Below the pieces are notes generated by a model, which was not told the DNA's origin, did not search any database, and saw only the letters and a list, made by a program, of their open reading frames with translations. A stretch of DNA of 64,000 nucleotides, taken from positions 1-64,000 of the forward strand of contig KZ538218.1 in NCBI GenBank assembly GCA_000934665.2, in the 5' to 3' direction. The position numbers and the translations under genes are program-made. Source of the stretch: Catajapyx aquilonaris. Lineage: Eukaryota. Below are positions 36,422 to 50,223 of the stretch, one piece after another. How positions within the stretch are numbered: position 1 is the first letter of the stretch; the number at the start of each line of letters is the position of its first letter.

Positions 36422-39400
36422 TACGTGTGAATTTAAGAGAACGTGGGATTCTTGCATAAATGTCCTGTAACCTGATCAGGGAAATGGATCACACCGTGTG
36501 GAATCACCACCTTGACACGTCCTTCGCGAATGTTTCGCATCGGCATATTCCCGAGTTACCTGTTTAGGTTTAGGATCGCGTTGCAGCCACACAACCACAC
36601 GTACAGTATACAACCAAACTCCGGCCGGAACATTTTATCAGCTGATTATTTTAAAGGCGTGTGTGACTCACTGCATCCGCTTTGACTAATGAACTTCTCA
36701 TTTTCATCAAAATATGACTTACATCCTAAATACGCAACGACTGTTATACCGTGGGGGCTATACAAAACACTTAAAAAAATACGGCATACCGCAAGATGCA
36801 TAAACACACGTGGGAAGCATCAACGTGTGCGGTCTAATATTTTCCTTCATTTCCACGGCAAAGTTGCACGTCGTCGAAAAAAGCAGCACCGCATATGTAA
36901 CCGCACACAATTGCGCATTTGGGCCCAGGCCGAACATAGAGCACGACGCGACATTGTGTTTTGGGTGTTTATTGATTCGGACAATATATCGCCGCATCGC
37001 GACCTTTTTCCGACCGTTGGGGGGAGGGGGGGGGGACCGGAGGCTTAATTTGGCAGCATAACATGACAAACTGGCACAGTATTGTTTTTCGGCACCTTCC
37101 AAATGACGTGTACGGAGTGCAGGCATAATAATTCCTTGTTTACTAACTCGGACTGAGGTTACGGCGCAAGTGGTCCGGCCAATTACAATAATAGGCAAAG
37201 GTGGCTAGGGGGGGAAAAAAACATCTCGATTGGCTATAATTGCGACCTTCCCCTTCCAGATTGGCACGTGATTGTCCACCTGTTACGAACGCGACAATTT
37301 TTTTTGCATATGGCGACATCCAGGCAAATGCGTCATTGGTTGGGTTGGCTAACCTCCGCACCGCGGTACCCTACTTTTACTGGGTGAAAATAACGAACAA
37401 AAAAAAAAAAAAGCAAGCGTCTTTCCAAGTATACATTACTGTTATCGATTTCTTCCCACCCACCTCCCCACTCCTCCCGCTCCTCTCCATACCCTATTTT
37501 TTTTTTTGTCGCTTCTACTTTAGCGAGCAAAATACAAACTTTTTGGTGTTGACCTTGTGCACGGGGGAAGAACTACCATGCTTAATGCCCCGGTTTAAAA
37601 ATGACTTGCAAAAGTGCGGAATCTATAAAAAGAGTAAGTCGACTAAAGGTCACGCACATATGTGTGTGTGTATGTGTAAAAAAAAAAGTGTCGAAATGCA
37701 ATGGTATATAGGACAAAGTTTCACTTTGAGAGTAATAGTAAAGGAGGAGGGTGAAAAGGTTAGATTAGGGGGCCCAGGGAGAGGTGGTGAGGGATGGCCG
37801 GGAGGAGGAGGTAGGGTGGGTTCGGAGGGTAGGGAGGGTTGGGGGGGAGGAAAAGGAATCTAGTGGAGCATCTTGGCGGAGCTAAGATTCCCTGTGACCA
37901 TGAAGCCACTTTGCAGCCGAGTGAAACAAAATCGGCTGCCGAGCTCGTCTCACGTTTTCTTTGATACTAATGCAGGTCGTAAAAGTTGTTGTGATGTGGT
38001 GGTAGAACGCGGTTGGAGCCAAAAGCAGGGGGTTTTTAAAAAAAAATGGAGGATAATATTCGGAGGCAAGTGGTTACCTAACCCTCCTAGCAAGTACCAG
38101 TAATAATTACCTCCTTTTGACTACGCCTTCAGAAACACGATCCTTCTGGCAGGCTTGGAAAGACCTACCTGGTCATAATATAGCGAATAAAATAATAGCT
38201 GATTTTTTGGAGGGGGCTTGTAAATTTTCGGATAGGTGGTACGGTTGCTCATCTTGTGCCCTCACAGGTTGGAGGCTTCACGGGTTATTTCCAAGGGCGG
38301 AGGCGGTCCAGGATGTGCGTCTCCTCGGCCGCCCCAACTGATAAGGGGTCATGGACATTGGGCTAGCCGCGCCCAACACCACTCTCTCAGGGGGCTTGTG
38401 GCGCAGGGTGGGTGGGTGGGCCTCACCCAGTCCACCCCCTCCCCCTTTCAACCCTCTCTTGATTTGGGGGGGGGGGGGGNTGCATTCCCGCTCATTTGCA
38501 TTAGTTTACAGCACAGGTTGGATGGCCTGTATGGAGTAGTTACACGTATACACAAATTACGGGTTGGCAAATTTCCCATGTGCAATTTTGCGAGTGGGGA
38601 GGGGGGGGCGACTTTTTTTTGCATATTAGGAAGGGAAGCGTGCGTGGGTCATGCATAAGCGACTAAATGCACGTATCGCCCGCAATAGTCATCCCCCCCC
38701 CCTCTCGTAGCCCCTTGTTGTAAATCACGTTTCTCAATCCCAACAATTAGAATGTAATTTATAGGACGGACTTGCGCCGGCAAAATAATTGAGAAAGCCG
38801 CGGCCGTCGTTGTGTAAAACGCGAAATTATGAGCATTAGCATAAATTGCCCGGGCTGAAACATGTTGAAATGACAAGATGGAGCGGCGGAATGTCCGACG
38901 TCCATTACCAGAGATTGGACGACGGCCACATTATTTTTTTTTTTTCTACCATAGTTCCAGCCGGCTATGTGGGGCCATTGTTGCAGATGCGCTGTTTTTG
39001 CTTAGAGGTTTGCAGGTGACTGCTGTCATAAGCAAAAACACCGTATATGCAATCACGCTTTTAGTCATAGCCATCTTGGAAGCTGGGTCTGGCCATGTGT
39101 GGAAGGCGACAAAGGATGTGAGGCTGGGTCTTTGTGGGAGCTCAGGTGGAGGGGCGGTTTGGGCGCCATGTGTGCTCAAGCCGGGACGGGCTTGCCTTTC
39201 CCCTCTCCTGTCTACTTCATCCATCCCAGCCAGAATCCCTCGCCATGGTTGCCAGCTCGATTGCTTTGCACTTTTTGAGATTTATATTTTTTTTTTACCT
39301 GCATATTTTGGGGTGGGGCATATCCCAGGCCCTAGTTGGCCCCTGGCCTCATTAGTTAACAAGCGGCGAAATGCTAGTTCCAGCTCCGGTCTGGTGTGAC

Positions 39401-42400
39401 CTCCTTTGCTTTTTGCGGCTCACCGGGGAAGGCACTCGGTTGACCTCTGGGCCTATTGCAGGCCCACGTTGCCGTTGCAAGACTAGATGGGTTTTTTTTT
39501 TTTTTTAAAAAAAAAAAAAGGGTGGGCCATTTTTTTGGAGGCTGGGAGGAGGGAATGTGGAGAATGCGGGAGTGCATTAAGATAGAGGGTGTAAGTTATC
39601 GCGGTGAACAGTCCGGTTCTGTTACTCGGAGGTTACTTTAGTATATTAATTTTTTAATGCTGTGCAGGCACGTGGAATGTACAGGCTGCTCTTTTAGTCG
39701 TGGGATTAATTTGAGTATGGGGATGAAGTAATTGCATGAAGGTTTCGGAAGAGTCATTTGGATAATGAGCCTGTCCTGTTAGTCTGAAGAGGAATCTTCG
39801 CGCAGTCTATGTGTTAAAAATATTTTCACAGTATCTATCGCCTATATTATGTTTGACGCGGTTTGTACCGCCTAGACTACCGTTTCGAAATTCGTGTGTA
39901 TACAGTCACTATAAATGTCACATAAATCCTACTTATATGCTCAGCTTGATTGGTTCTTATCACGATGTGAGAAGTTACTTATAATCGATGAACTACTCAC
40001 ATGTTAATACTACAGTGAAATTTTCTGGAAAATTCTCGCGGCCCCCCTTTTTTTTACAAGTCTTGTATCATTACTTTCACCTTCCGTATCACACTGCATT
40101 GAAATAATAATTACTCGATTATTTTTATCGATACAATGATGTTACTGGTTTTTGAGAATAGTGGACGATTACTGGTCCAGCCTCATCAGTAGCCTGACAT
40201 GTTTTAATATTTCGATTTCATTACTGTAGTTAAGGAAGCCATGCGGACACACCTGTATATCGCTGGATATGATCAGGCTTTTGTTGTTTTTTGAACACTA
40301 TATTGATGTCGCAAAGAAGCCCCATTGTTTTCCTTTAGAAAACAGCTTATCGATCGACTAATTTTGCTCAGAATTCTCCAAAAGAATTTGCCCTCCCGAA
40401 GCATACCTATAATGATGGTGCGTCATCGGCCTTTCCCCCCATATTTTATTCTAATTGCGGCACATGGTATTGCGCTCGTCACATACGCTTATATTAGTGG
40501 GGCACCCAATCCCTACTAGACTTCGAACCCCACTTCGTAATCAACATTAAATAAAAATGTCGATTATCGCCTCGGCCCGGTTCACTGAATCACCCCACAC
40601 ATAGGACATATCACTACTCTGAATCCGACTTAATATAACGCCTCGTCCATTTAAACAGAAAAAAATAAAATAAAAGAGGATGAGGTGGGCGGACTGCCAC
40701 AAAACGGGTAGATTTGGGCGCCATTTCTCCGAAATGATTCCTTTCCCCCCCACCCCCAACCCAAAATCACCTCGGCAAGAAAAGGGCCCGAGGTGGCAAC
40801 GGAGAGCGAGGGTGCTCTGGTCACCCGGGCTTGATGAGTTCCAGATGTGGCTCCTGCCTCCTTCAGAACCAGCAGGGTTGCCATTTCGCAGGAAGTGCCA
40901 CGTAAACAAGGATCTTCCCCCGCATCCCTCTCCCGGTCCAACCGCCGGAGTGCCTGTGAGTTACCGGTGCTCAGGTGGCGGGGGGTGGAGGAGGATGGTG
41001 GGATGGAAGGATCGGGTTGCCAGACGGCGAAGAAGGGGCAACGGCAACATGGCCAGCTCTTCCCAGACGCAGGTCTCTGGGAAGAAGAGAGTGGCAAGGA
41101 CAAAAAAATATTCCGGCAAAAGGCGGGTTGAAGGAGGCAATTTCCTGCCTTGGAGGAGGCCAAGGGGCAGCCAGCGTTGTTGCCACGTCCAGCCCATATG
41201 GCAACAATGGCGACAGAGGCACGCTCGATCTCTCGTCGCACCTCCCGACCCCACAGGGAACAAAAGCGAAACAAAGGCCACCTTCGACAATGCGCGGGGA
41301 CAAGGGAGGGAAAAGCGGAGGGCGCTAATCCACCGCACGCGAGCATTGTTGGCGGTGGCTGGTGGGCATTGGCCACGGCCCGACGGCTGCGCCAAATGGC
41401 GGCCCCCAAAAAGCGGGGGCGGCTCCCTCCCCCTGCTCCTGCCCCCATCCGAATAGGTAGGAAGAGGGAAGATCATCTCATGCATTATGCAGGAAAAAGG
41501 GAGAGAGGGGCGTCCCGTAATTTTTCATCAATTTTGACTCCTATCACTTCTGGTCTGGAACATTAAGGGGGGAGGAATCCATGCCGGTGACAATAACAGA
41601 GGGTGGGAGACACAGGTAAACTCCGCCTCTTGCTAGGAGGTGCGGCAGGTGAGAACCAAAGATGGGGCGTGGGAGAGGTGGCAACCAGGCGAGGGTGGAC
41701 GGAGAAACCACCTTGTCGAGGTCACCCGCTTTTCTTGGCCTCGTCCAATGGCCATGAAGACGTCTGGAAGATGGGAGGTAGCGTTTTGGTACAAAGGCGG
41801 GCATTGTAGGGGAGGGAAGGAAGGATCCTTAGAAAATCTCCCCTGGGGCTTGTAACCGGTGAGAAAGCCGCGTCCTTTTGATTGGTGCTGTGTATCTCTG
41901 AGCAATCAGGAGCATTCCGCCCTACCTTTTTTATGAGCCAACGTCAATAAACGCTTACGGTATACGAACGCCACTTACAGTTGACACCTTCGGTGACAGA
42001 ATTTAGGCTGTGGGAAATGGTCACACAGCGGGGTCCTAGTCGGATTACCAACAGCTGTTGCAAGCATCCCGTATACGGACTCATTCACAAATTGGGGCAC
42101 TCGATGTTATTACTGCAAGAGTTCATTGTAAAATCTATTTAAAGATCTATTGTTAAGGCGGGAAAGTCCCTACCATAGTACGCAAGTTCCTGCGGGAAAT
42201 TAATCAAATTACTTACTTCCGTCAAGCAAGCAACTTCGAAGCCATCGATATGTGAACGTTCCTAAATACATACGATCGAAATTCAGGCCCGCAGGACGAT
42301 TTTCGGTCACGTACAATACAGCCCGAAGTAGTTCGGGTGACTGCCCCTATTATAAGCTAAACAAAGGACGGTCGCGGTCACCCGAACCGCTTCAACAATC

Positions 42401-42440
42401 GGGACCGTCCTCCAGTGCTAATATCGCCGATATACGAACC

Positions 42441-42547
<107 letters not shown>

Positions 42548-45500
42548 GTAGCCGCGTTTCAAATGCGTGGGGTGCGATTATACGGGGCTGGTGACGACGC
42601 GACGTCACATGAGTGGTCGTAAACGGTGGGCTGTGGCATAGTCGCGAAACCTGGCGAAACAGTGCGGTAAAGGAGGACGGCATTATCTGCAGATGTGTCG
42701 GGCGCGCGAGGCAGGAATTTTCCGCAACGTGTGGTCAGACAAGGGGGGTGGCCCCTAGTCGGAGGGAACCACCTCGAGGAAAGGCGAAGCAGGAAGTGAC
42801 GCCGCAGGAAGCTGAGCGATACTACACCTGGGATATCTTGGGGGCGCGGGGTTGCCGGCTCACTAGGCCGGACATACCACCGCATCTATATTTGTCAGCC
42901 CCACCCTGGTACCGTACCTGACCCTCCCGCTTCCGAGCCGGCAACCCTGGCGCACCCTATCGTAATGGCCCTCTCCCACGTAGGATGTGATTAAAGTGTC
43001 CATGACTCGCGCGTTTCCTTTGGGAGAGCGATAACCAGGCGACACCGTTAAAAAAAATGAGGGACCACCTACGAAATTGCCCACGTGTGTGACCTTATTA
43101 GTTAGGTCGAGGTCAGAACACGTTGAATCTCGGTGTTGCCGATGCTACCTGGCCCATGTCAATTGTCCTGTCCGACTGACAAAGAAGGCGGGGTAGGGTG
43201 CCGATAATGAGGCGAAAGCGCGGCAACGGGGCACCCCAGGTTCAACCTCCCTCTAATTCCCCCAAATTCAAATATCAGGGCCGTTTAATTACTGAAGTGG
43301 GCTGGGCGGGGATGCGGGAGGGGAGATTTGTGGAGTGCTGACCATAACGCCGTAATACCCCTTCATTATTAGCCCCACTCTTCACTGTTGCCAGCTGTTT
43401 CCACTAGGGGGGCCCCTTTTCCCCAAAAGTGGGTGCGGGGGTGCGCGGGGGGGGGGGGGGGGGGGGGNTTGGCTTTTCCTTCCGTCCGGGCATGAAGGCA
43501 ATGAAGCTTTTCCGGGCCGGAGACGGAAGGAAGGAAGCTGGGGAAATGGGTCCTGAGAGTTGAATCACGGCGACCTTTTGGGTGAATCACGGGGGGCTTT
43601 GTGCCAGTCCCCCCCATCCTTTTTGCGCCCCCCACGTGCCAGCCAATGTACCGTTTCAAGTTGTGACTGACTGACGGCGAACTCTGGGCTGGACCCCTCC
43701 TCGGTTATACCCAAAAGTAGTCGGCTTCCTGAAACTATCCTTCACGCTTTTCAAATCTTGACGGCTTGGGCTACCGTCCAACAGGGTGATACATGCGTTA
43801 AAAAAGCGGCTAGTTGTTGGCAGGTAGCAGACAACAATGGACTAACAGGGATCTCCCGAGTAATGGGGGGGGGGGGNGGGGGGTATTGACACTCCCAGAC
43901 TACAATGCGAGACTGTGAATGGAATTGCTAGGTCGCTAGATATGCAAGTGTGTCGCGATGAGTCAGCGGTCATAAATGTGGGTCAGTCCACTAGGTCGTA
44001 GACGAAACATAGGTCGGTTGGGTGCGTTTTTGTTTTTAACGTGAGGTGACCACTTTTATAGAAGTCAATAAACGCATTGGGCAAAGGTACATATTTGTGC
44101 GGTAGTTTGACCAGGGTACAATGGCACAGGTCCAATCCAGGGGGATTTTTGCGCAATTTCCAGATAAAAGCCCGATTGCGTCAAGGGTATCGCGATAGAA
44201 ATGGCGAACGACCTTCAGGGAAATGGTTGTCACGTTATTAGCACGTCTTTTGATGACACGTCGCACTATTTTGTTATTTTCAGCTGGCCAGGCGGTTTTG
44301 ACCCCGAGGAATTAATTTTTGCTGGGTGGATCCGATGGAGATTACAGACAAAGTTAGCATTTGGTGGTGGTGGGGAGGGGGGGGGGGGTACACGAAGCGC
44401 ACACACTTTGATATTTAGCGCCGGTAATAAATTAGTGGCGACATAACATGCAAATTTATGTGCGACGCAGGATGCAGGATTTGAGTGTGATGGATACACA
44501 ATCATGCGATACCATGTGACCTTTTTACCAGATCCGCTGCCAATATAGAGGGGGAGGTTTACCGTCACGGCTCCGTACTTTGGAACGCGCTGAAAAATAG
44601 TATGCCGCCGCCATGTCTTTTTTATACCGTTGATTGCATGGGGTGATGGCACCCAAATCAAAAGGTCGGTATTGCGACTTACATCTGAACCGCCGCACAC
44701 GCTGTATAATCTCATCAGAAGTGAGCAACATCTCCCGTAAATTGGCACCTTGAGGGTCTAAAAAAGGGGCGCGCAATGCCAGGGCACAATTACAGATAAT
44801 GAATAGAAAGGAGGGGGGCTTCTGATGACGTCATTAGTGCCTGCTGACAAAGGAATGTATCATCAACGACAACGTCCGGAGAAGTGGCATGAATGGGGTT
44901 GGAAAAAGGCAAAAGTGTAGTTTACCATCAAGCAACGTCACAAATTTGTGTGTGAACCCTTACTGAAAATTTGGGGGAGGGGGGGTGGAAGTGGGGCACA
45001 TTAGCTAATCCTCAACTTGTTCCTGTTCGCTTGGACGTGTAGGCTACAGAAGGGGTTGATTAGGGCCCTATCATTAGGGACAAGTGGGGTCTCTTTTGAC
45101 CCCGACTGCGAGGCCTTCTTTTTACAAAAAAAGATGCTCATTGTATATGTCCGGTGCGAGGTTGCTGTGGTGATGCTATTTGCGTCGCGATATGACGCAC
45201 TTGTATAGGAAGCTAATTTCAGGCGCCCCCCCAGAATTTTGAAGCCCTTCAACTTAATCGTATTTGCTTAAGCTTATTGAGGCAACGCAAATTGGCTTAT
45301 AATCTGCTTTTCTTACACCTGTGTAGGTACGGTACTCTTCGAATGAACTTATGCCAGTAACTGTCATTAGATGATATGTATCGCTAATATGTCGCAGTAG
45401 CATTCGGTCGCCTCTTTTTTTTTGCGTCCATAAAGGCGCTTTGTTCTTACTGGGATGGTGTCGTTCGTTTAACTGTGTGCTTGGAAGGTTCTGGGGGAAG

Positions 45501-46210
45501 CGAGCTTGTTTGTCTGAACAGTATAGGAGGATTCCCCATTCTCCAAACTTTACTGCTAACTAAATTGGCGGTACTCCTGTATTCGAGCCTTTTTTTGGTG
45601 TACCGGTAGTATGTAAATCATGCCGGCACAATAGGCGCAGGTACAGTTGTTGAAGGAAATCGCTCCAAATGAAGCAGTAATTATTTTCAGCTGCGCGATT
45701 CGCATTTGCATGAAGCTTCCTCGGACACTTCCATCGTAGTCGGCGTCATTTCGTCCCCCTTTCTACCCCCCCCCCCCCCCTCAGGCCCCTCCACCCCCTG
45801 CCTCTCCCCTCGCCCAGCCCCCCTCCCATCCCCCTGCGAATCGTTTATGGGTCGTGGGAATTTCTATTGCTAAATTCCGGCTGCTGTACCTGAGATATAT
45901 AGAGACACATATGAAGACCTTTAGCTTTATGACCCATTACGTCTTTCGGGAAGTGAAGGACAAACACAACGGAACCTGCCCCCGTAACGGCCAAAGGGTC
46001 TATTATTATTTGGCTCAACAGACCGGTTTTAGTATGTTCAGAGTCGGGAGCTTAGCATGGACCCTGAATAAGAATATTGAATCTTAAGCGCGTGCAATGA
46101 TCAATGAGGACATGACACCATTTCACCACCTGCAGTGGGTCCTATTCAACCTAATATTAGCAGTTAATGTTTGACACTCCCTAAATGTAAAGCAGTATCC
46201 CACATATATA

Positions 46211-46305
46211 CAGGGTGTTTCAAAATATCGGGGTTGTTCTTAGTTATGGCTAGTTGCTTTATATTAGTGCTAACTATAAACTACTCCGCTATTTGAAACG
46301 CCCTG
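46211..46305. mobile_element. Short Tc1/mariner-type MITE (nested)
   Basis: TA-CAGGGTGTTTCAAA ... TTTGAAACGCCCTG-TA. Confidence 0.8.
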
Positions 46306-46340
46306 TATAATATGCGAGGTACTGCTCATTAAGCAGTTAA

Positions 46341-46496
46341 GGCCATTTGACAAAAAAATGTCGCGCGGCAAACGGCGCGCGTTGCGGCAAATTTATTTAT
46401 ATTTATTATTGCCAACAATTGGCAACAATAAATACAAATAAAAAATTTGCCGCAACGCGCGCCGTTTGCCGCGCGACATTTTTTTGTGAAATGGCC
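46341..46496. mobile_element. Near-perfect foldback MITE flanked by TTAA (nested)
   Basis: GGCCATTTGACAAAAAAATGTCGCGCGGCAAACGGCGCGCGTTGCGGCAAATTT is inverted almost exactly at the right end. TTAA on both sides. Superfamily ambiguous (Kolobok or Harbinger). Confidence 0.85.
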
Positions 46497-47351
46497 TTAA
46501 CATTTAGTGTCAAATATTAACTGCTAATCTGCTATAATATTAGCATCCGATGAATAGGATTTTAATAGTTATCGCTATTATCGCCATAAGTAGTTATTTT
46601 GATATTAGCTCCAACTAAAAAAACGACCCTGACACTTTGAACACCCTGTACTATGCGACAGGCTGTTGTTACTAATTTACTTTCGAGAGACGCCCGGGGT
46701 TGCATATCCACTTAGGATAAACAAATCAATGGGAAAGGAAATGACATTTTCCTCCAGTTTCCTGACGGTTTGAAATCAAATATGGGTTATCGCTTTGGGG
46801 GACGCTTTTATAAAGTCGGCTCATAGCTTCCGGTAATTTACTCCAGTAAAGAGCAAAGTTGCCTGCAGTTTGGGCCAAGCTCAGATTTTACTTACTCGGG
46901 GTGCATGCAGGAAAGTTCAAGGCGAACATTTACACAGGACGAACTGGGCCAGGTCCACTACTAGCAACCAAACACACAAACTGACCACTCTGTTAAAACT
47001 GTTAATTCTGACTGATTAATAAAAGCTAATATCAGTTGCTAATATGAGTTTAAGTGGACCCATGCATGTCCTCTGCACTGCAATTTCCGGGAATGACTAA
47101 CTTGCCAGATTCCCAGTTGCTGGGGTCGACAATGATGCCACCTCTCAACCTAACATTACCAGCTAATATTTTTTTCCCCACCCCCCATAAAAGCACTAGA
47201 GTCGTCCCCGGCATCCATATCGATTGCGCTCTCATGTCGTAGGGGAATTGCCCGTCTTTTCCAAATCCCCATCGCCATCGACAATGAAATGGTCTTGTCC
47301 CGAATGACGATTGGACACTATTGACGCGTCGGCCCGGGGGGGGGGGGGGGG

Positions 47352-47393
47352 NNNNNNNNNNNNNNNNNNNNNNNNNNNNNNNNNNNNNNNNNN
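47352..47393. other. Assembly gap (N run) next to a poly-G tract
   Basis: Run of n characters directly after a G homopolymer. Confidence 0.95.
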
Positions 47394-48141
47394 GGTCTCC
47401 AGGTATTTGCCTCCGGGGTCCCAGAGAAGACGCATTCCGGGCTCTTTCTTGTGCCGGGGGAAGTAGCTGAGATTTGGGAGGGGAGTTTTTGGACCACGTA
47501 GAGCTGGCGCCAGTACCGGCGCCATTGGCGGCTAATAGGGCGGGAGGAGGAGGACCCTCTGTGCCCAGGTATTTAATAGAGTGAGGAGGCGGCTAATGCG
47601 CTCCCCCGGAACAGGCATTTGGGAATAATGGGAACAATTACTCAATGCTGATGGCCAGATTAGGCCCCGTGGCGTGCGGGGTAGGAATTCCGCCGGCATT
47701 GGGGACCGCAGTGCCCGCCCGCCCACTGCTTTATTGCGCGCCCCGGAGATGAAATTCCCCAAGGAAGAGGGGGGGGGGGGTGGCAAGGAGGCAGCGGACA
47801 CCATTGCAAAACTGCGGGCCATCAGCTGCATCTCCACCTCCGCTTGCCACTGCCAACACTTGTTTCTCGCCTTCTGGCCTCCCTCCCTCCCTGGATTGCA
47901 AGTGGCAAGCTGGAATGAGCAATTCGCACGAGGTGCGGCTGGATGGACAAGAGTGACGGGGCGCAAATGAGAGGCCGGCCCGCTCCCTCCCCGACGACGT
48001 CCACTACCGCGACACCCAGGTACGACACTCTCAGACACTCCGCTTGCACCGGATTTATCTGGATTCGCGTGAGGGGTACGGTATGGGTAGTGTTTCTTAC
48101 CGGGTGATGTCCAAGTCGACGCCATGGCTGGACCACTCGCA

Positions 48142-48403
48142 CACACCTGAAGAACCGACCTCCTTGCAAGCAGCTGAGTTACTGAAGCCACGCCTGGTAG
48201 TCACTCAAAGATGGAGGAAGATCCGGCCCTTTGTTCTGAGGTGGAGTCGAGCACACCTGAGGCACCAACTTATCTCCTTCCAAGCAGCTGTCTGACTGGC
48301 TGTGAAACCACGCCAGGTAGACAAGTCACGTGAGACAGTACGAGTCACTGAGACGCCATCAAGTGGAAGGGAAAAGATCCGGGCCATTGTTCTGGGTGGA
48401 GTC
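48142..48403. repeat. Diverged two-copy tandem duplication of a motif-rich module
   Basis: Copies 48142-48248 and 48252-48403 share, in order, CACACCTGA, CTCCTT, CAAGCAGCTG, CCACGCC(T/A)GGTAG, AAGATCCGG, C(T/A)TTGTTCTG and GGTGGAGTC. Confidence 0.75.
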
Positions 48404-49451
48404 TTAACACGAAACATGTGGTCACAATGGCGTGGGTTGCGAAACAGTGGAGCATAGGAATGATTGGACTTTGAGATAGGGTGGTAAATGATTTACAACG
48501 AATTTGAGCTTGTAGTATGATGTCAACAATTAGTCACGAGATTTAATCAATGGTGTACTGTTTTCTTGAGTTATATTACTGCTGGTTAAGCAGGTCGGAT
48601 AATCTCATATATCACGGAGTCTGTTATTAAATTGCTCATTGTAGTCAACAATAATAAACATGTACGCCCTACTTACGCATTGTTTTTGAACTTATCCAGC
48701 ATAATGCATAGTCCCCAACAACGGCGTCCGTACCAGTTTCCCCCTACCCAAACATTCCAGCGAGATTTCAAATGTGATAAGCCGATAAGGGTACCGAAAT
48801 AGACAAAATCAACTGAAGTAATTTTCGCCTCAAGGAACCAATGACCCAGAAAAAGGGCGCATGTCGTACCGCTATGCACATGCGATTGGTCACCATTGTT
48901 GTCCCTATGAACAAGTCAATAATAATTACAAAGGTGACGTCACTCGGGACTTAAATAATAATCATTTTTGGGTTGGGCTCTAAATGTTGGACACTGTATT
49001 ATCCGCGAATTCTTTTCTGAGATTTTTGTTTTGTTTGTACAGGTGAGAACAATAGGAAGGGGGGGGGGGCACTTTTATCTCCTAGCACTTTCATGAATCA
49101 CAATCTCTCTGTCCAAAACAAGCCATCCTTTCCCCAACCAAAATCATCACCAAATCTGCCTTCAAGGTCAGCAACGCCAGCAATTGACACTTGGTGTCGA
49201 AAAGTCTCCGACACAAAAGACTGATTCAGGCCTGGAGCTGGAGGGCCTGCTTAGAGTGACCTTGGTTGTAAAGTTGGCTAGATATTCTATTTTCGTACCA
49301 ATGACTGACAGGTGATAATGACAACGTAGTAATTTCCTTGTGAACAGGGATTTTCCGTTGGGCAGCTTCGGTCAAGAAATAAACCATTTTATTTTTATTT
49401 TTTATTTATTTTTAAAAAAGAAATGGTCGAATGCATAGGACATGCAATGTA

Positions 49452-50223
49452 CACTGTACTCGCGATTATCCGGGCTAATGGCAGCACGGATGCGACCGGA
49501 TAATCGAAAAATGGTCTTAGCGTGAAGTCGGCTATTCACAGGTTTTTAATGAACGACTGTATACGTATGCTGTATTCAGTGCCGGATTTACCCCCTCGGA
49601 TGCTCCTAGGCAGTTGAGATCCCCCCCCCCCCCACCCCCCAATGCCGCTTAAAAATTCAATATTCAATATCTCTGTCGAGTTCTCTCCTTAATTTCATAT
49701 GATTTTATACAAAAATTTATATTTCAACTCTTTCAACTTATAGCAGGGCGGCTTGTGGCAAATCCGGCGCTGAGAACACCCCGGCGAAATTTTTGAATTT
49801 TTAAAATGATTTCGCTTTTATTTCCTATTATTGTAGCCTATTTGAAAAATATTTATTGCAACTTGCAGCAATTGCCTACTCTGCCCAATGGTAAATCAGG
49901 CGCTGCTTTCAGTCGCGTATAATTATTTATTATTAATTTTTCGTAGTTTCCTTTTTTTGTATGCCTCAATTTGCCGCCCCTTGAAATCTGCCGCCGTAAA
50001 TCAGGCGCTGGCTGTATTCTGCTTTAAATAAGATTTTATCACAATTAGAAAACTTTCCGTAGAATTTTTAGTTTGTATTATGGAAAAAGTCGGGAAAATG
50101 TGTCATATTTTTGTTGCGGGAAAAATTGACATTTATTCGGACTTTTTTTTCGGACCGGATATATTTTTTCGGTACGGTCGAAAAATCCACGGATAATCCG
50201 CACTCGGATAATCGGGTATAGTG
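49452..50223 (-). mobile_element. GATTATCCG-type Tc1/pogo-like MITE interrupted by a hAT MITE
   Basis: TA-CACTGTACTCGCGATTATCCGGG left end and CGGATAATCGGGTATAGTG right end. Reverse-orientation homologue of 63118-63474. Confidence 0.75.
49577..50010. mobile_element. hAT-type MITE (nested)
   Basis: TIRs CAGTGCCGGATTTAC / GTAAATCAGGCGCTG with a perfect 8-bp TSD GCTGTATT (49569-49576 and 50011-50018). Confidence 0.85.

Larger units (their letters stand above)
46137..46560. mobile_element. Host inverted-repeat element carrying two nested MITEs
   Basis: Outer arms TCCTATTCA / TGAATAGGA and TTAGCAGTTAATGTTTGACACT (46157-46178) / AGTGTCAAATATTAACTGCTAA (46506-46527). Confidence 0.65.

Noticed and set aside
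40547..41905. 258-265 aa ORFs on both strands
   Set aside because: They overlap in several frames, are Arg/Gly/Pro-rich and have no domain; explained by stop-codon scarcity in GC-rich DNA.
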